Source: Octopus bimaculoides (Eukaryota). From it: a DNA stretch of 64,000 nucleotides. Location of the stretch: assembly GCF_001194135.2 (NCBI RefSeq), contig NC_068988.1, positions 36,406,890 through 36,470,889 on the forward strand, written 5' to 3'. Shown here in pieces: positions 39,146-53,243 of the stretch; the stretch's first letter is position 1, and the number at the start of each line of letters is the position of its first letter. A program made the translations under genes and the position numbers. Under the pieces are notes generated by a model. It had not been told where the DNA came from, did not search any database, and saw nothing but the letters and a program-made list of their open reading frames with translations.

Positions 39146-40487
39146 ACGAAAGAATAGATATAAAACCATAACATATATTCTTGCAAGCACAACATATATT
39201 TGTGGGGGTGGAGGGCTGTTCATGCACGTGAGAATTGGGTCATATATTTATGTATGATTTCTCATACATATATCTGCTCAGATATAGAATGGAAACAGAA
39301 CAATAAAATATTATTTAAGCTCGTTTCATCATCATCCATTCAGGTCGCGGATGGGAACATGTTAATACATTAATAGTTTCAGAACCATTCTTGTCACTTG
39401 ATAACGACGTACAGACAACAACTACTGTGAAAATCAATTTCATTAAGTCTACCATGAAGTGATTGAATAAATAGATTCATCATACCAAAAGTCCCTGCCA
39501 ATGTAATTTTTCATAAACTTTTTTGCAAAATATACATAAATGAGTTTCAATTTAATTGGAAATTTATCAGAATTTACTGATTTTATTTGTTAATGTTACA
39601 TTTTTTCTTAACATTTATTTTTATTCGTTTACACTCTTTGAAACTCTTCCGCTACTAGACGAAATTCATGGTGTTTACAGTCGCGAAAAAGGAACAAATC
39701 GAAGCGAAATTATACTTAAATATATAATATATAAAACTGAATGGTAATATGAATTTAGAAAGCACCCGACAACTCTATGTGTCTGAGATAATAGCAAATT
39801 CATTGACAATGAATTGCTGTCAAGTAAACAAAGACATTTCTGTGGATGAGATATTAAATATTCAAATCTTTCTCAATTACTCATGTTGTTGTACATTTAA
39901 GGTATTTGAAAGTGATTTCCGGAAGGAGGACTTTTCAGATAACTTTAGAAAATGAAATAATGACTTAATTTTACATTATGACACTCACCAGGAGAAAATC
40001 TTGCAATATTTGATTCCTTCCTCTCTTTATTTGTTTATAGCAAGAGAAAGATAGAGGGATAAAAAGGAAGAATTCTTTAGATTGGAAAATCTACAAAGAA
40101 AAAACAATAAGAAGAATTGAAGTGAATTAAAAATGTATCAATGTTAAAACATAATTACATCTTTTATGAGTCATTTCACAATCCAACAAAGAAGTAATAA
40201 TTAAATAAACTGTCCAAAGTCTTTTCCGGTAGTGAGTGAACTGTTTCGTTAAGGATACGGCACAAGACTGAGCGGAACACAAACAGACAAAAGTGCCTTC
40301 CTTCCACTCTAACGACACATATGCAGATACAGATTCAAATTCATACACATGTACATAAATACAGAGACAGAGACATATATATATATATATATATATATAT
40401 AGACTCATAGCTGTTTCAATGAAATACATATATACACACACACTGACTCCTGTACATATATGGGTATACACACAAACACACACACAC

Positions 40488-40600
<113 letters not shown>

Positions 40601-40985
40601 CTGTAATATAAATCCCGGTGTGTGTGTGTGTGTGTTTAAAAGCGATTAAAATGGCTACATTTTTCAACTGATTTTCTCCAAACTGGGAACATACATTACT
40701 TACGTTAAAGGGATAGTCTTAGACTTTTAAACATTTTCACGTAATGAGTTTCGGTCTCCATGGGAGCACAAAACACACGTTCCTGGATAACTTGGAGAAA
40801 GGAGGTTAAAGTTTGCGAAGTAACTTTCAGAAATTGATTGTGTCCCTTACATCCACTAGTCATAAAAAGTATAAAATATTGCTTTGCATATTAGATTCGC
40901 ATCGTTGAAGGTTTCTAAAGATATTTACTTCCTGTCTACTAGCGTCTGTGACGTCTATATCTCTCTATCAATACTTCTCTCTCCA

Positions 40986-41046
<61 letters not shown>

Positions 41047-41300
41047 CTCTCTATCTATATCTCTCTATCTATATCTATATCTATCTGTCTCTCTGCGTCT
41101 ATCTGCCTATATCTTATCTATCTATGTATATGTATTTATTTGTCTAACTAACTAGCTCTGTCTCTACCCTCTCTCTATATATCTCACTTACTCTCTATTG
41201 TTTACACTTTCATTTTTCAGACGCCATTGTTTTCACTTTAAATTCAATCGCTATTATTTTCACTGTTAATTTTGAATCACTATTTACAAACAACAACGAC

Positions 41301-41520
41301 AAATTACTGATAGATATAAGCTCACAATTACTGATGAAAGTAATTTCATACATAATTTACTGACCGAAATAACTTCATAAATTTGCTAAATTTGTCTACT
41401 CATTTCTTATTTAACTTTGCAACGTCTTGTGTTGTTTTGTTTATCTTTTGATGTAACTACTTATAAAGGTAAGTTCATAATTTACTGGCAGAAGTAACTT
41501 CAAAAATTTTACTCAAATCC
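41301..41520. repeat. Degenerate tandem subrepeats of about 25 bp (AATTTACTGA-N3-AAGTAACTTCAT)
   Basis: About 5-6 imperfect copies in two clusters upstream of the Helitron ORF. Confidence 0.6.
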
Positions 41521-41785
41521 GTACACTTTGTTAATTTCCTCAAAAAATTCTTACTTACTCTTGCAACGGTTTTCTTTTTCTCGTGTGAACGACTTTTCTG
41601 ATTCACCCGATGCTGGCTCCTTGGTTCACTAGCAAATTTCGCTTCAAGCCGTACAACTCTATTTTCCGTAAAAATTTCTTATTTACTTTCTGCCCGTCGT
41701 ATTAAGAAATATAATTTCCGTTACCCAGCAATTTTGATTGTTTACTATCTTCTGTACCCGTGTATTTCTATATACGTATATAACC

Positions 41786-42255
41786 ATGCCTAGAAGGAAA
41801 GTGTCAAATGTGAATACAATGTCAAGGTCAGCCCAAAGGATGTCTCTGCCCTGGGAAAGGGAGACAGCTGCAGAAAGGGATGCATACCAAGAAACGAATA
41901 GACTGTATACTACAAAAGCCAGAGCGTCTCAGAATGAGGAACAAAGGATCTCACTGCAGAACGAAGAGCAGTTGCAACAACCCAGAGAAGCCACTTCTAT
42001 GAAGCAGCTTTCAATTATGATCCAGTAGTTCATTATTTAGATGGCACTAGAGTTTCTATTGTTGCAATGACAACTGAGGCATACGTTGTCAAGGAGGAAA
42101 GTGGTCTGAAGAGACACTTGCACAGTGGTGCAGTGGTGGAAAGATTAAACTCCCTGTAATCCCCTAATCTCCAGAGCCATTGAAAGAAGTGTTGTCATCA
42201 ACTGACGAAGATTACAAGCACTTCCACAACAAAATTAGACAATACAAGAATTGAT
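41786..42255 (+). mobile_element. Helitron Rep/helicase N-terminal fragment (frameshifted)
   Basis: MPRRK...; FYEAAFNYDP..HY...AM; degenerate CxxC; CSGGKIKLP; PEPLKEVL; KHFHNKIRQY, matching the conserved Helitron N-terminal block. Confidence 0.8.
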
Positions 42256-42275
42256 GTACAGTTCCTCATAACGTA

Positions 42276-43786
42276 CCGGTAAATTTATTTACTATAAATT
42301 TTGTACATAGTCCGAACCCATGAATGAAAAGTAAAAACGGCACCGTTACAACATCAGATTTCAACTTGATGTTCTAGCATACGCAAAAGACCATGGTAAT
42401 AGGGCAGCTGCTCGGTATTTTGGTCTACCACCAACCAGAAAAATGATAAGTATTTAGAGAAAAAAAAGAAGAGAAGCTGCTAAACGTAGCAAACGATGCC
42501 TCTGTGGCTTGAACTAGAAGAAAAATTAAAAGCAAGGGTTTTAGACCAAAGAAAATCCGGAATTTCAGTATCCACTAAAATGATTACGTACCATTCAAGA
42601 ATTATAGCAATGGACAGAGATATAAATGATTTTAAAGAGTCAACAGCAAGGTGTTCCATATTTATGAGGAGAAATAGCCTCTTTCACAGATAATAAATAT
42701 TGACTAAGCCTCTCTGACATCTGACGTACAATCAAACAAGATAGTACAATTCAAGGGTGCTAAAACTGTAACTGTTATAACGTGTGGCCATGAAATGACA
42801 CTACACAGTTGTATTAGCATACTATACTGATGGCCCAAATCTGCCAAATTTTCTTTCAAAAGAAAGACATTGCCTTAAGAAATGATACCCAATGACATTC
42901 ATGTTCATGTCCACCCAAAAAGTTGGATAGATGAGGGAGGAATGAAATTGTGGCTTGATAAAGTGTAGTCCAAGCGCCCTCCTGGGCTATTATAGATAAC
43001 TTCTTTACTAATTCTGTACCAGTTTCGGGCTCATAGTAATGATCTTCCTCATGAAGCTTGGAGATCTGAAATCCGGATAGTTGTACCTCAAGGAAGCCTA
43101 ACCAGCTATTTACAGCCTTTAGACGTTTCAATCAATAAACCGTTTAGAATATCCAAACGGGTGGAGTGGTGCGAATTGATGCAGTCTTAACTCATTTGAA
43201 GTGAAACCATCAGGAAAAAGGAAATGGTGGTTAAAAATTTCATGGAATGATGTAACAGAATAGGTAGTTGTTAAATCATTTTCAAAATGTGGCATTAATA
43301 ATGCTCTAGAAAGTACCGAGGACGAGCTATTGTTTGAAGCAGACATTGATGAACCAGATCCTGTTGCAGAGACTTCCAGTGATTAAGAGAGTACCGGTAA
43401 AATGACTGGTAACTGTGAGTACAGGTAAAATGGTTGGTAACAGTGGGTACCGGTAAAATGGCTGGTAACAGTGGGTATTTATAGGAATTCAGCACATTTA
43501 TTGCTCTTCGTTGATTGGTGTGTACCAGTTTTATTCAGTGTATATTTCTATTTGCTATGGCAAATTGGATTTAGTTTCATTTGGAGGTGAGTGTAAAGCT
43601 ACATATGATTTCATACTTTATTCCAGTATACTTCACAATATTGTATTTCATGCACAGAATCATACAATTTTTCCTACAAAACCACTTTAAAATATCTCTA
43701 AATAATCGTATGATGGAACATACTAAAATACAATATCTTTGTAAAATAGAGGTGCGTCTTATGTAAGGGCGTATCGACAAATACGG
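42276..43786 (+). mobile_element. pogo-superfamily transposon (POGK-like: BrkDBD, CENP-B HTH, DDE_1), decayed, with TA TSD
   Basis: TA|CCGGTAAATTT... and ...GGTGCGTCTTATGT...AAATACGG|TA ends; peptides LEEKLKARVLDQR, GAKTV, LQPLDVSINKPF, KSFSKCGINNAL. Confidence 0.85.
43390..43477. repeat. 28-bp minisatellite, 3 copies, inside the pogo element
   Basis: AGTACCGGTAAAATGACTGGTAACTGTG / AGTACAGGTAAAATGGTTGGTAACAGTG / GGTACCGGTAAAATGGCTGGTAACAGTG. Confidence 0.9.
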
Positions 43787-43814
43787 TATATAAATATTCA
43801 CAAACACACACACA

Positions 43815-43854
<40 letters not shown>

Positions 43855-43859
43855 ACTAC

Positions 43860-45420
43860 GGTATGGTACACTGCAACTTTAATTTCCGGCATACCAAAAT
43901 TAATTGAATCACTCCCACTCCACTACACTTAATTGATAGCATAACCTTTCACAAAACGGACTGGGGAGCAATTAGAAAGGATCTGTCTTTTATAGACTGG
44001 TCCTTCATACTCAGTTCCACTGACATTGAAAGCACATGGCAGCGCTTTGAGGACATTGTCACTTATACATGCTCAAAACACGCCCCTATGAAATTTACAA
44101 GCACGAAGAGAAACAGACACCCTGGATAGAAAGAAAACACTCATAAGGAGCATCAAAAAATTTTTAATTTAAAAAATCAACCAATTAAAATAGTCACTCA
44201 ACCAGAATCCACATTCAGCAGCAGTGAAGAGGCTTACGTTGGAAACATCTCATCTGTAGGCCAGCAGGAAAACCTGTATTGAAAATCAACGAGCTGCAGA
44301 AGAACAGTGGGTAATCAAAAAAATTAAACAGAATCCAACAGTGTTTTATTCATATGCCAATAAGCATACGACCGCTGTCACACCTGTTGATTGGTGATAA
44401 CGGCATTGTCCAACATGATGCAAAAGAAATGGCAGAAGTACAACAGAAACAATACTGATCTGTCTTTAGTGATTCCACTGATATTAACGCAAGGGCTTTG
44501 AACGAAGTCGATCCTCAATATATAATCTCGGACATAACCTTTACTACTTCAGATATCTTAGTAGCAATAAACGAGATCAATTACTATTCTGCTGTGAACC
44601 CTGATAGATTTCCCGCTAGTGTCCTGAAGGAATGTAGACACCAACTTGCAATCCCTCTAACAAATCTCTGGAGTCTTTAGACTCAGATTATATACCGATA
44701 GACAAAGGCCGTCTAACACGGATCATTCATCACATCGATGATGTCCTTAACGACTTGGAATCGGGTTCGAATTCTGATGATTTCAGTAAAGCGTTGGACA
44801 GAGTCGACCAAAATATCCTATGGTCAAAATTGTCAAATATTGGAATCTGTGAAAAACTACTACACTGGATTGAGTACTTCCTGGAGAATAGAACACATGT
44901 TGTGGTCGGTAGAATTCACTGAAGCCCAGCACCAGTCACCTCAGGGGACTGTCTTGGGCCTACTTCTGTTTATAGTCTATATAAACGACATTTCAAGCGT
45001 CATCAAACACAGCGAAGTGAAAATATTCGCCGATGACTCCAAGCCCCAAACAAATTATCAACGGAGAAGAACGAATTGAACTCCACTCTGACAGTTTGAT
45101 CTACATGCTGTAAGTCAGTGGGCCGACAAAAACAAAAGGCGACTAAACGAGGCAAAATTTGAACTGATGCAGTTTGGCAACATGTCTATGCTAAAACATC
45201 CATATTCTCTTCCTTCAGGGGAATCACTAACAACGTTTAATATTATCAGAGACCTAGGGTTGATTGTTGACAATAATCTCAGATGGAGTGCCCACGTCAA
45301 CAATAAATCCGATATAGCTCGTAAAATGAGCTCCTGGATCCTAAGAATCTTCCCGTTCAGAGAACAAGGTGTCATTATTCCTCTTTTCTCCATTTTGTAC
45401 GGCCACACCTCGAACACAGC
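43860..45420 (+). mobile_element. CR1-group LINE ORF2 fragment (RT), decayed with internal deletions
   Basis: VLKECRHQLAIPL, DFSKALDRVD, PQGTVLGLLLFIVYINDI, FADDSK (45026-45037 for FADD), RDLGLIVDNNLRWSAHV. Confidence 0.85.
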
Positions 45421-45839
45421 TGCTGGGTTCTGTTTGATTCTTTCATTACCCACTGTTCTTCTGCAGCTCGTTGATTTTCAATACAGGTTTTCATGCTNNN
45501 NNNNNNNNNNNNNNNNNNNNNNNNNNNNNNNNNNNNNNNNNNNNNNNNNNNNNNNNNNNNNNNNNNNNNNNNNNNNNNNNNNNNNNNNNNNNNNNNNNNN
45601 NNNNNNNNNNNNNNNNNNNNNNNNNNNNNNNNNNNNNNNNNNNNNNNNNNNNNNNNNNNNNNNNNNNNNNNNNNNNNNNNNNNNNNNNNNNNNNNNNNNN
45701 NNNNNNNNNNNNNNNNNNNNNNNNNNNNNNNNNNNNNNNNNNNNNNNNNNNNNNNNNNNNNNNNNNNNNNNNNNNNNNNNNNNNNNNNNNNNNNNNNNNN
45801 NNNNNNNNNNNNNNNNNNNNNNNNNNNNNNNNNNNNNNN

Positions 45840-46011
45840 TGTGGTGAAAGAGTACAGCAGGGTCCGCCACCATCCCCTTGTTCACCACCATCGTCGTGGA
45901 GCTTTCGGCGTTTTGGCTCAATAAACACTCACAACACCCGGTCTGGGAATCCAAACCGCGATCCTATGACCGCGAGTCCGCTGCCCTAACAACTGGACCA
46001 TTGCGCCTCCA
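45840..46011 (-). mobile_element. SINE family B 5' half; the rest lies in the N gap
   Basis: Matches 27900-28065 including the tRNA-like head. Confidence 0.9.
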
Positions 46012-49000
46012 CGCAGATGTAAAAGACAAAGCGATTATTTGTAGAATGTATTACCATGTTTCTTTGCAGTTTATGCGTATGAACAGTCTTCGTCGTAAAG
46101 TCACGTATTAGAAATGAAATCAAGATGTGTGATGAGTCTGTATCTTTAATGCAGTGCGCATTTCATGGAAATGAGAGGTATTTTGTAGCAGCCTGTGTTT
46201 TTTGTGTATCATGAACTCGCATAAATGTGTTGTGGGTTTATACATATTAATTACCTTGCATTGTTTTAATTCCTGAAATTAACGACGAATAATCGAATGG
46301 AGTACTGCAATCATGCGGTCGATATTCTAAGGGAGTTGGAGTTTTCGTTAATTAAGTTAAATTAAATGTTTCAATTATGTACGAGTGTATATGTCATGAA
46401 TTTACTTCGATTCCTGCGACACACGCAGATTTCATGACAATTATTAACTTTCGTTATAGCCTAAAGAATCCAGTCTTCAAATCTTACTGTATTAACAAAT
46501 AATTCCAGAGAAAGAAATAGTTTCTAAAACGAGTCGACAACAGTTAACGATTTCACATGTTCCATTGTATAGCACATGAATGCATATCACCGTAGGCTCC
46601 TTGTACTTTTAAACTTTAAAATTCACTTAGTTCATTTGGAAATGACAACGTAATATATATATACATACATATATATATATATATATATANNNNNNNNNNN
46701 NNNNNNNNNNNNNNNNNNNNNNNNNNNNNNNNNNNNNNNNNNNNNNNNNNNNNNNNNNNNNNNNNNNNNNNNNNNNNNNNNNNNNNNNNNNNNNNNNNNN
46801 NNNNNNNNNNNNNNNNNNNNNNNNNNNNNNNNNNNNNNNNNNNNNNNNNNNNNNNNNNNNNNNNNNNNNNNNNNNNNNNNNNNNNNNNNNNNNNNNNNNN
46901 NNNNNNNNNNNNNNNNNNNNNNNNNNNNNNNNNNNNNNNNNNNNNNNNNNNNNNNNNNNNNNNNNNNNNNNNNNNNNNNNNNNNNNNNNNNNNNNNTATA
47001 TATATATATTATATCATATTATATTATATTATATTATATTATATCATATTAATATACATTCTAATGCTTTAAATAGATATCTTATCCTCAAGTTTAATCA
47101 CAAAAAATATAATTGACCTTTATATAAATATTTGAAAAGATTCACTGGAGTGATTATATTTCCTTTTTCAAATTTACCTCTTCTACAGAAAGTAGCAACT
47201 GATTGAGACGATAGCATATTATGCACGCTATACTATAACTGTATTTTAACATTTCTTTCTTTCCAAAGTTTTGTTACGTAGTCTGTACAAATAAACTGAA
47301 TTCTGTGAGACATATGTGTACTTAGAAATCTAGACTGTTGGCTTTTTAATGTGTTTGCTGTGTAATTCTTGTAATATATCAGGATTAAGTTATGCAAATG
47401 TTTATCACAGTTACCTTATTTGTATTGTAATTGAATTATAAAACACACCGGTTGTATGACTGGATGGGAAATATTGGAAGCTAAATCATTTGATAATATT
47501 ACATTTTTGACTTGATTTGTCTGAGCTCCACCAAATCTGGATTCTTTACATTCAACCTATTATGTCATTTATTCCTTAGAACCGACTTTTAGACAAATGT
47601 AGATAGATGGCTATTTCTATAGGAAGTAACAGCAAGTGTAAAATATTAACAATCATGCGTTTTTGTCTTCATTAAAGGAACAGTTGCTATAAGAAGATTT
47701 AAAATTATGCATATATGTACCTTGATAACACGGTAAATATTAATATTTTGAAAATGGGAAATCACCTAAAAATTGAATGTTGCATATTTCCTCAAATTGT
47801 GTTTGTGTACATGTATAGAAACGAAAAAGTGTCTATGTTCATCAGAAATGTTCCCTTCGTCCTCTCATAACTTTGTAAATTCATTTCTACAAAACAAAAC
47901 AAAAAAACTAGTATTTGAAGCTAACGTGAGTGCCACTCTTAGGCCGCTGAACATCCAATAAATCACAGAGTAGCCTCTTCAACTCTCAATTGGGATATGT
48001 TGTAGTGTCAAACGAGAATACATGAATTTTTTGAAAATGATCGTTGGCATGCTTGTCCTTATGTAGTCCCAGGCCCGGTCTGCAATGGTCAATGACTAAC
48101 AAGCTACAACAAAGCTTAACAGGATAAGAAAAGTGAATGACTGTTAAAACTACAGCAATATTCATGTTATAAAATAATGTGATATCGCAAATCATTTTGG
48201 ATTAATAAGATATCACATGTATCCGACGAAACTTTAGTTGCTACAAGAAATATCACCGTACCTCACAAAAATCAAATTCCCCGTCATAAAGAAGTTAATT
48301 ATCATTCAAACTGCAGTCGTCCTCAAGAATTTAGAAAACCTGGAAACACAGACTTTATCTCTAACCATTCCCGTCTTCTAAGAACCAGAAAATTCATCCA
48401 GGAGAGACTACAGCAACATGGAATTTTCCGTCTTGCTGGAAGATAAAACATGTCACCTGGTCCAAGATTCAAACTCGTTAACTACTTATTGTGAGCCCAG
48501 CAGCAGTGTTTTATTTACGATTCTGTGATCACAGCGTATGTTCATTATCCATGGATTCGCAAGAATTAGTGCTTCCTAAATCCATATCTGCTTCAAACTT
48601 GCATCACGTTTCATTTAGTGAGCATTTGTAGCTCTTTCAATTCGGTATCACATGATAAAAGCTTCTAAGCGGAATAGAAACGGCCGCATGCAAACCGGAT
48701 GGAAATTTACCTTCACAGTTGAACGATGAAATATTTACATACGTTTAGAATTCTACATGATATCATAATACATTCAAATAATGTATGCAACTTGCATAAG
48801 GTGGAAATTATTTCATAAATAGACAGGAATACTGTACTAATTTGTATAAGTTTTCAAGCAGATTTTTTCCGTAATGTGCACCGTTATTGCAAAAACCTTC
48901 AGAGTAACATTCGACAACGTCGGATTAGAAGGAGGATTCTAAGAAAATTTTCTGTAATTTGGAATAATGTTGTATTAATAACAATATTCTATTATCTGTT

Positions 49001-49630
49001 ACTACTAGCTATACCATTCGAATGTTTAATCAACGGACAATTAATATATTTACATAATTCTGCTACTCCCATTCATTTAACTTCGGATAGGGTGAATGTT
49101 CCATACTTGCATATATTACATTAAATGTTACTGTTTGGTATTGAAGGTATGGATCTTGAAATGACATAAAGCAAAACGTACCAGGTTAACTTTCTGGACG
49201 CACATTTTAATGGAGCAAATGAGTTTATTCTAAATTCGACAACCTAATTTCTCTATCGCACACGCTAATTATAACATATTATGTGTGTGTGAACGTGTGA
49301 ACGTGTGTATGTTTCCTTGTGTGTGTATCATTTTGGTAACGCTTTGGTGTATATTTACATCAATTTTAATCATTTACTTTAGAATCGGATACTCACTGGC
49401 CGTCCCTATTGACCCTTCTCTAATAAATGCGTTAATTACATGTTCTTCAATTCTTATCATGCATATTTGATTAAATTGTTGTTTCAGGCCTCTTGATGCA
49501 ATGGCCTGCCATTATTACAGCATATTTTAAAATCCATTTAATTCTCAAAGTATCATCTTTTATATTTTCAATTTACTCCTTTCGTGGAAGCTATTTTCGG
49601 TCACTGTTTTTCAATATTTAATACGGAATT

Positions 49631-49842
49631 AGGCGCCGAGAATAGTTAGCATGCCGGGCAAAATGCTTCGCAGTATTTCAACTGTAAGCATCTTCTGGGT
49701 TCGAATTCCACCGAGGTCAACTTTGCCTTTCATTGTTTCGTTGGTCGATAAATTAAGTACTAATTGAATACAGGAGTCGATGTAATCGTCTATCATCCTC
49801 CTCCAAAATTGCTAGCCTTGTGCTAAAATTTGAAACCAATAT
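49631..49842 (+). mobile_element. SINE family A copy
   Basis: GTTAGCATGCCGGGCAAAATGCTT...GGGTTCGAATTCC (B box)...GGTCGATAAATTAAGTAC...CCTTGTGCTAAAATTTGAAAC. Confidence 0.85.
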
Positions 49843-51880
49843 TGAATACGGAATAGTTGTGCTTCGTTTTTTTATGAAAACTGTAATCTATGTCAGAATT
49901 TATGACGTCGAATATTGTGATCCACTGATGATTCTCAATATGTGACTTATATTTCATATTTCGAGAGCTATATTTACGTCAACTATTACAGTTCTTACGT
50001 TTATATTCTGCACTTCCATTAAATATATTTAATTATATTAGTTTGTGTAAATTTACTTGATATATCTTTTTCAATATTAATGAATGATTTCTATTTATTC
50101 ATCATATTCGTCATCACTGTTTTAATGTTTACTGAGGCTTGGGAAAAAATGACGACAATAGAAAAGCCATGGGGCAATTGTTTGAAATGTTATTCCAATA
50201 CACGCTACTGAAATATACACACATTTTTAACACAAGAAATACATATGGCTATTCATGAAGACAATAGTATGTCAGATAAGCGCCAACGAACGAATGCGCG
50301 TTTTATTTAGGTGCATCATTTGTGAATTCTTCCGAAACATATTTGTGTATACGTGCGTGAATGTGTGTATATCAAAGTTCACACTAATCTCCAATATAAT
50401 ATATATTTTTTTATATAATATCAGTATGCGATTTCTAGAAGTATTTCTGCTGAAGTCAAAAATATTCTCCCTGATGTTTTCGTTTATTTTCTACTCTGAT
50501 TTCCTATATTCAAGCTAGGAATAAATAATGAAAACTGATATGATGTCTTCATATTTGTTAATCTTAGGCTGGTAATATAATGTTTATCTTCATTTCCTAA
50601 TTATAATAAAGACTGAAATTAGATGGTAACGAATGCTGTTGATGTTGTGGAGTTATTCTGCACTTCCTTGTAGTTGAATACTAAAGGTACACAAGCAATA
50701 TTTTCCCATTTCTATAGGTCATTAATATAAGTGGTCTCTATGGTATTTTTAATGATTTATATATATCCATATATCGAAAGTAAGTCATCTTGTATGTTGC
50801 ATTATTTTACTACATCACATTAGAAAACAAAACATTCTGCCGAGTTTGCTTTCTATAAATGATAGCCATTCATCTAAGCTTCAGTAAAACAAGTATTAGA
50901 TGTACGCTACTGATTGAACCAGCAATAATGGCTTCTTAGGGAACTCAGGCATTGTCTCTAACGAAATACAATCAGTCATTCGACATTCTATATACAGTGA
51001 GAAAGAGAATGTCGCGTGCAATTATATTGACTTTCCCATAAAACCAAAATTGTGCTGCTTAAAATAAAGGTACCACAAGTACTTCTCCCCTTAACATGAT
51101 ATGTAGGCTCTTCGAAGAAATTAAAAGTATTTGAATTTTATAAGCAAAAATTGAATATAGCAACGTATATGTTCTTATAATTTTCAAGTTTTGCAATATA
51201 AGTATAACATATATGCTTCAATCTTATAAAGTGACTAGTTTGGTTGCATTTGATTGAATTGCTCTGATACCCCATATAGAGAATATGCACGAGTAACAGC
51301 TAAAAATATTGTCATAATCAAATACGTCAAAGTCATTGATGTAATCGATTAATCCTTCCCCCAAAGTAGAAAAGATGATCTAAACTATCAGCTATAATAA
51401 AATTCCTGTTCATTACTTTATCAATAATCTGTATTGCCCCGGTGAGTCAACGTTATTATGATGTAGAATATTTTTTACGTATCCCTATTGATTAGTATAA
51501 CTGAGTATAATTTAAAATGCAGTGAAGTTTATGATACACAGTTTTAGGCTCAGTAAATATGTTCAAATAGTATTATTTCCAATTTAATCGATTATATCCA
51601 CAAACATATCAGCATGGCACTTTTGTATAGTAAAAAAGATATCAATATTGACAGAAATCTCACCATTCAAATCAAATTATGTTACAAATTTATATCTGAA
51701 TGTGGAATTTTTTGCTAAGAATAGAATATAATTTTAAATGATATCAAAGGTAGCATACACAAATATTTTCATCTCCTAATACTGAAAGTTAGTTGAAGAG
51801 TTACATGATAGCTGGTCGTGAAGAAATCGTGTTGTTTGCTTAACGAAAACCAAATATGTGTGTTTTAGTTTGTGTTTTAG

Positions 51881-51974
51881 CTTTTACTTATTTCAGATTA
51901 TGGCCATGCTAGGACACCACGTTGCAGCTATTTTACTCGAATGTAACGACCCCAGTTTTTATGTTTAAAGTCTG

Positions 51975-51980
<6 letters not shown>
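51881..51980 (-). mobile_element. SINE 3' tail fragment
   Basis: TTTTACTTATTTCAG..TGGCCATGCT..GACACC...CGACCCCAG...CTGGTACT is the reverse of the tail family at 1800-1920. Confidence 0.55.
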
Positions 51981-52023
<43 letters not shown>

Positions 52024-53243
52024 TCTGACTAGATCAGTATTGAAAATTAATATATGTTGAAATAGGGATTTCTGATTCTAATATGGAAATAAGCTACATA
52101 GAATCACATATTCTTCGCTTCATTCAACAATTTTCATCGCCTAAAACTTTTACTATTAACTTTTAAAACTATTTTGTCCATCGTATATATTGACATTTAA
52201 TTTGGCAATGGAATCATTAATTTTCTTTTATTTGTACCATTGTAGTCTGACTTGTCTGTGAAAATCGAATTTTGTTGTTTGAAGACTTTCTCTTTTCTCG
52301 GCAATTGACTAAACAGTCAGAAGTGGATACGATATTTACTCTAGCCATTCGTAAATCTTTACATTATCACCTTTCCAATCCCTCATCTCTCAGTGAGATT
52401 TCATGTAAACAAATTCACTTTATTTCTTTCACCTATTCTTTTTTTTTAATGTCTTATATTTCTTTTTAATTTTATCTTTTTAGTTTTTTTCTGTTGTGTG
52501 ACCTAGTATATTCTCTTCTCATATCTTTCCTTACCCCCGCCTTCTTGTCATATTTCTACTAGATCTCCTTGATCTTCACCCCCTTTAGCTTCTTAAACAT
52601 TTCTTATGCTTCTTATCCGTGCACATTTTAAATTTTCTTTGTTTATTCTACCGTTGATATTTATCATCTCCATCATTTTCAACTACTTCATTTCCGTTGA
52701 TTTCTTGTCTCCTTTTTTTTTTTCGTGATGTATGCATATATATTTATTTATCTGATCCTTTTCACATATATCTCTATCTCTTTGTCAATTTATTTTTTAA
52801 TGGTATGTCGCTCTGCTTTTATTAGTTATATAAACGAAACCTGATTATTGATCTATACTATGCTTTTTATATCATTGTTTATATTTTAAAATTTTCATTT
52901 CAACAGGAAGATTTATTTATTCAACATATTATTTCTGCCTTTAGTGCTGTTATATTTCTAAATATTCTTTTAACTTATTGTTACTGCCTTTAACATTTTT
53001 CCATCATAATATATAATGTGTCTATGAGCTTGAAGAGACCATGGATGTCTAAATTAAATGTTTGTAAGCAGTTAAATTTTGAACATTCCTTCTGCAATAC
53101 AACCACGAATATATGATACTAACGCGGTGCAGTAGGTTCCATAATACATAATTTTATTTTGATTTTTTTTTTTTGTACTCCTTCACCGCAATTTTGTATT
53201 TCTAATTCAATTTCCTGTTTTAAATCATACACTCTCACAAATG

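Noticed and set aside
40675-40800. Short inverted match TTCTCCAA...GGAAC / GTTCC...TTGGAGAA
   Set aside because: Only 8+5 bp with an indel; within chance expectation
41301-43477. Regular short repeats (25-bp and 28-bp units) as CRISPR candidates
   Set aside because: No unique spacers, no cas genes, eukaryotic TE context
47986-48195. Minus-strand ORF and possible exon around DRAWDYIRTSMP
   Set aside because: All frames stop before a good donor; no recognised product
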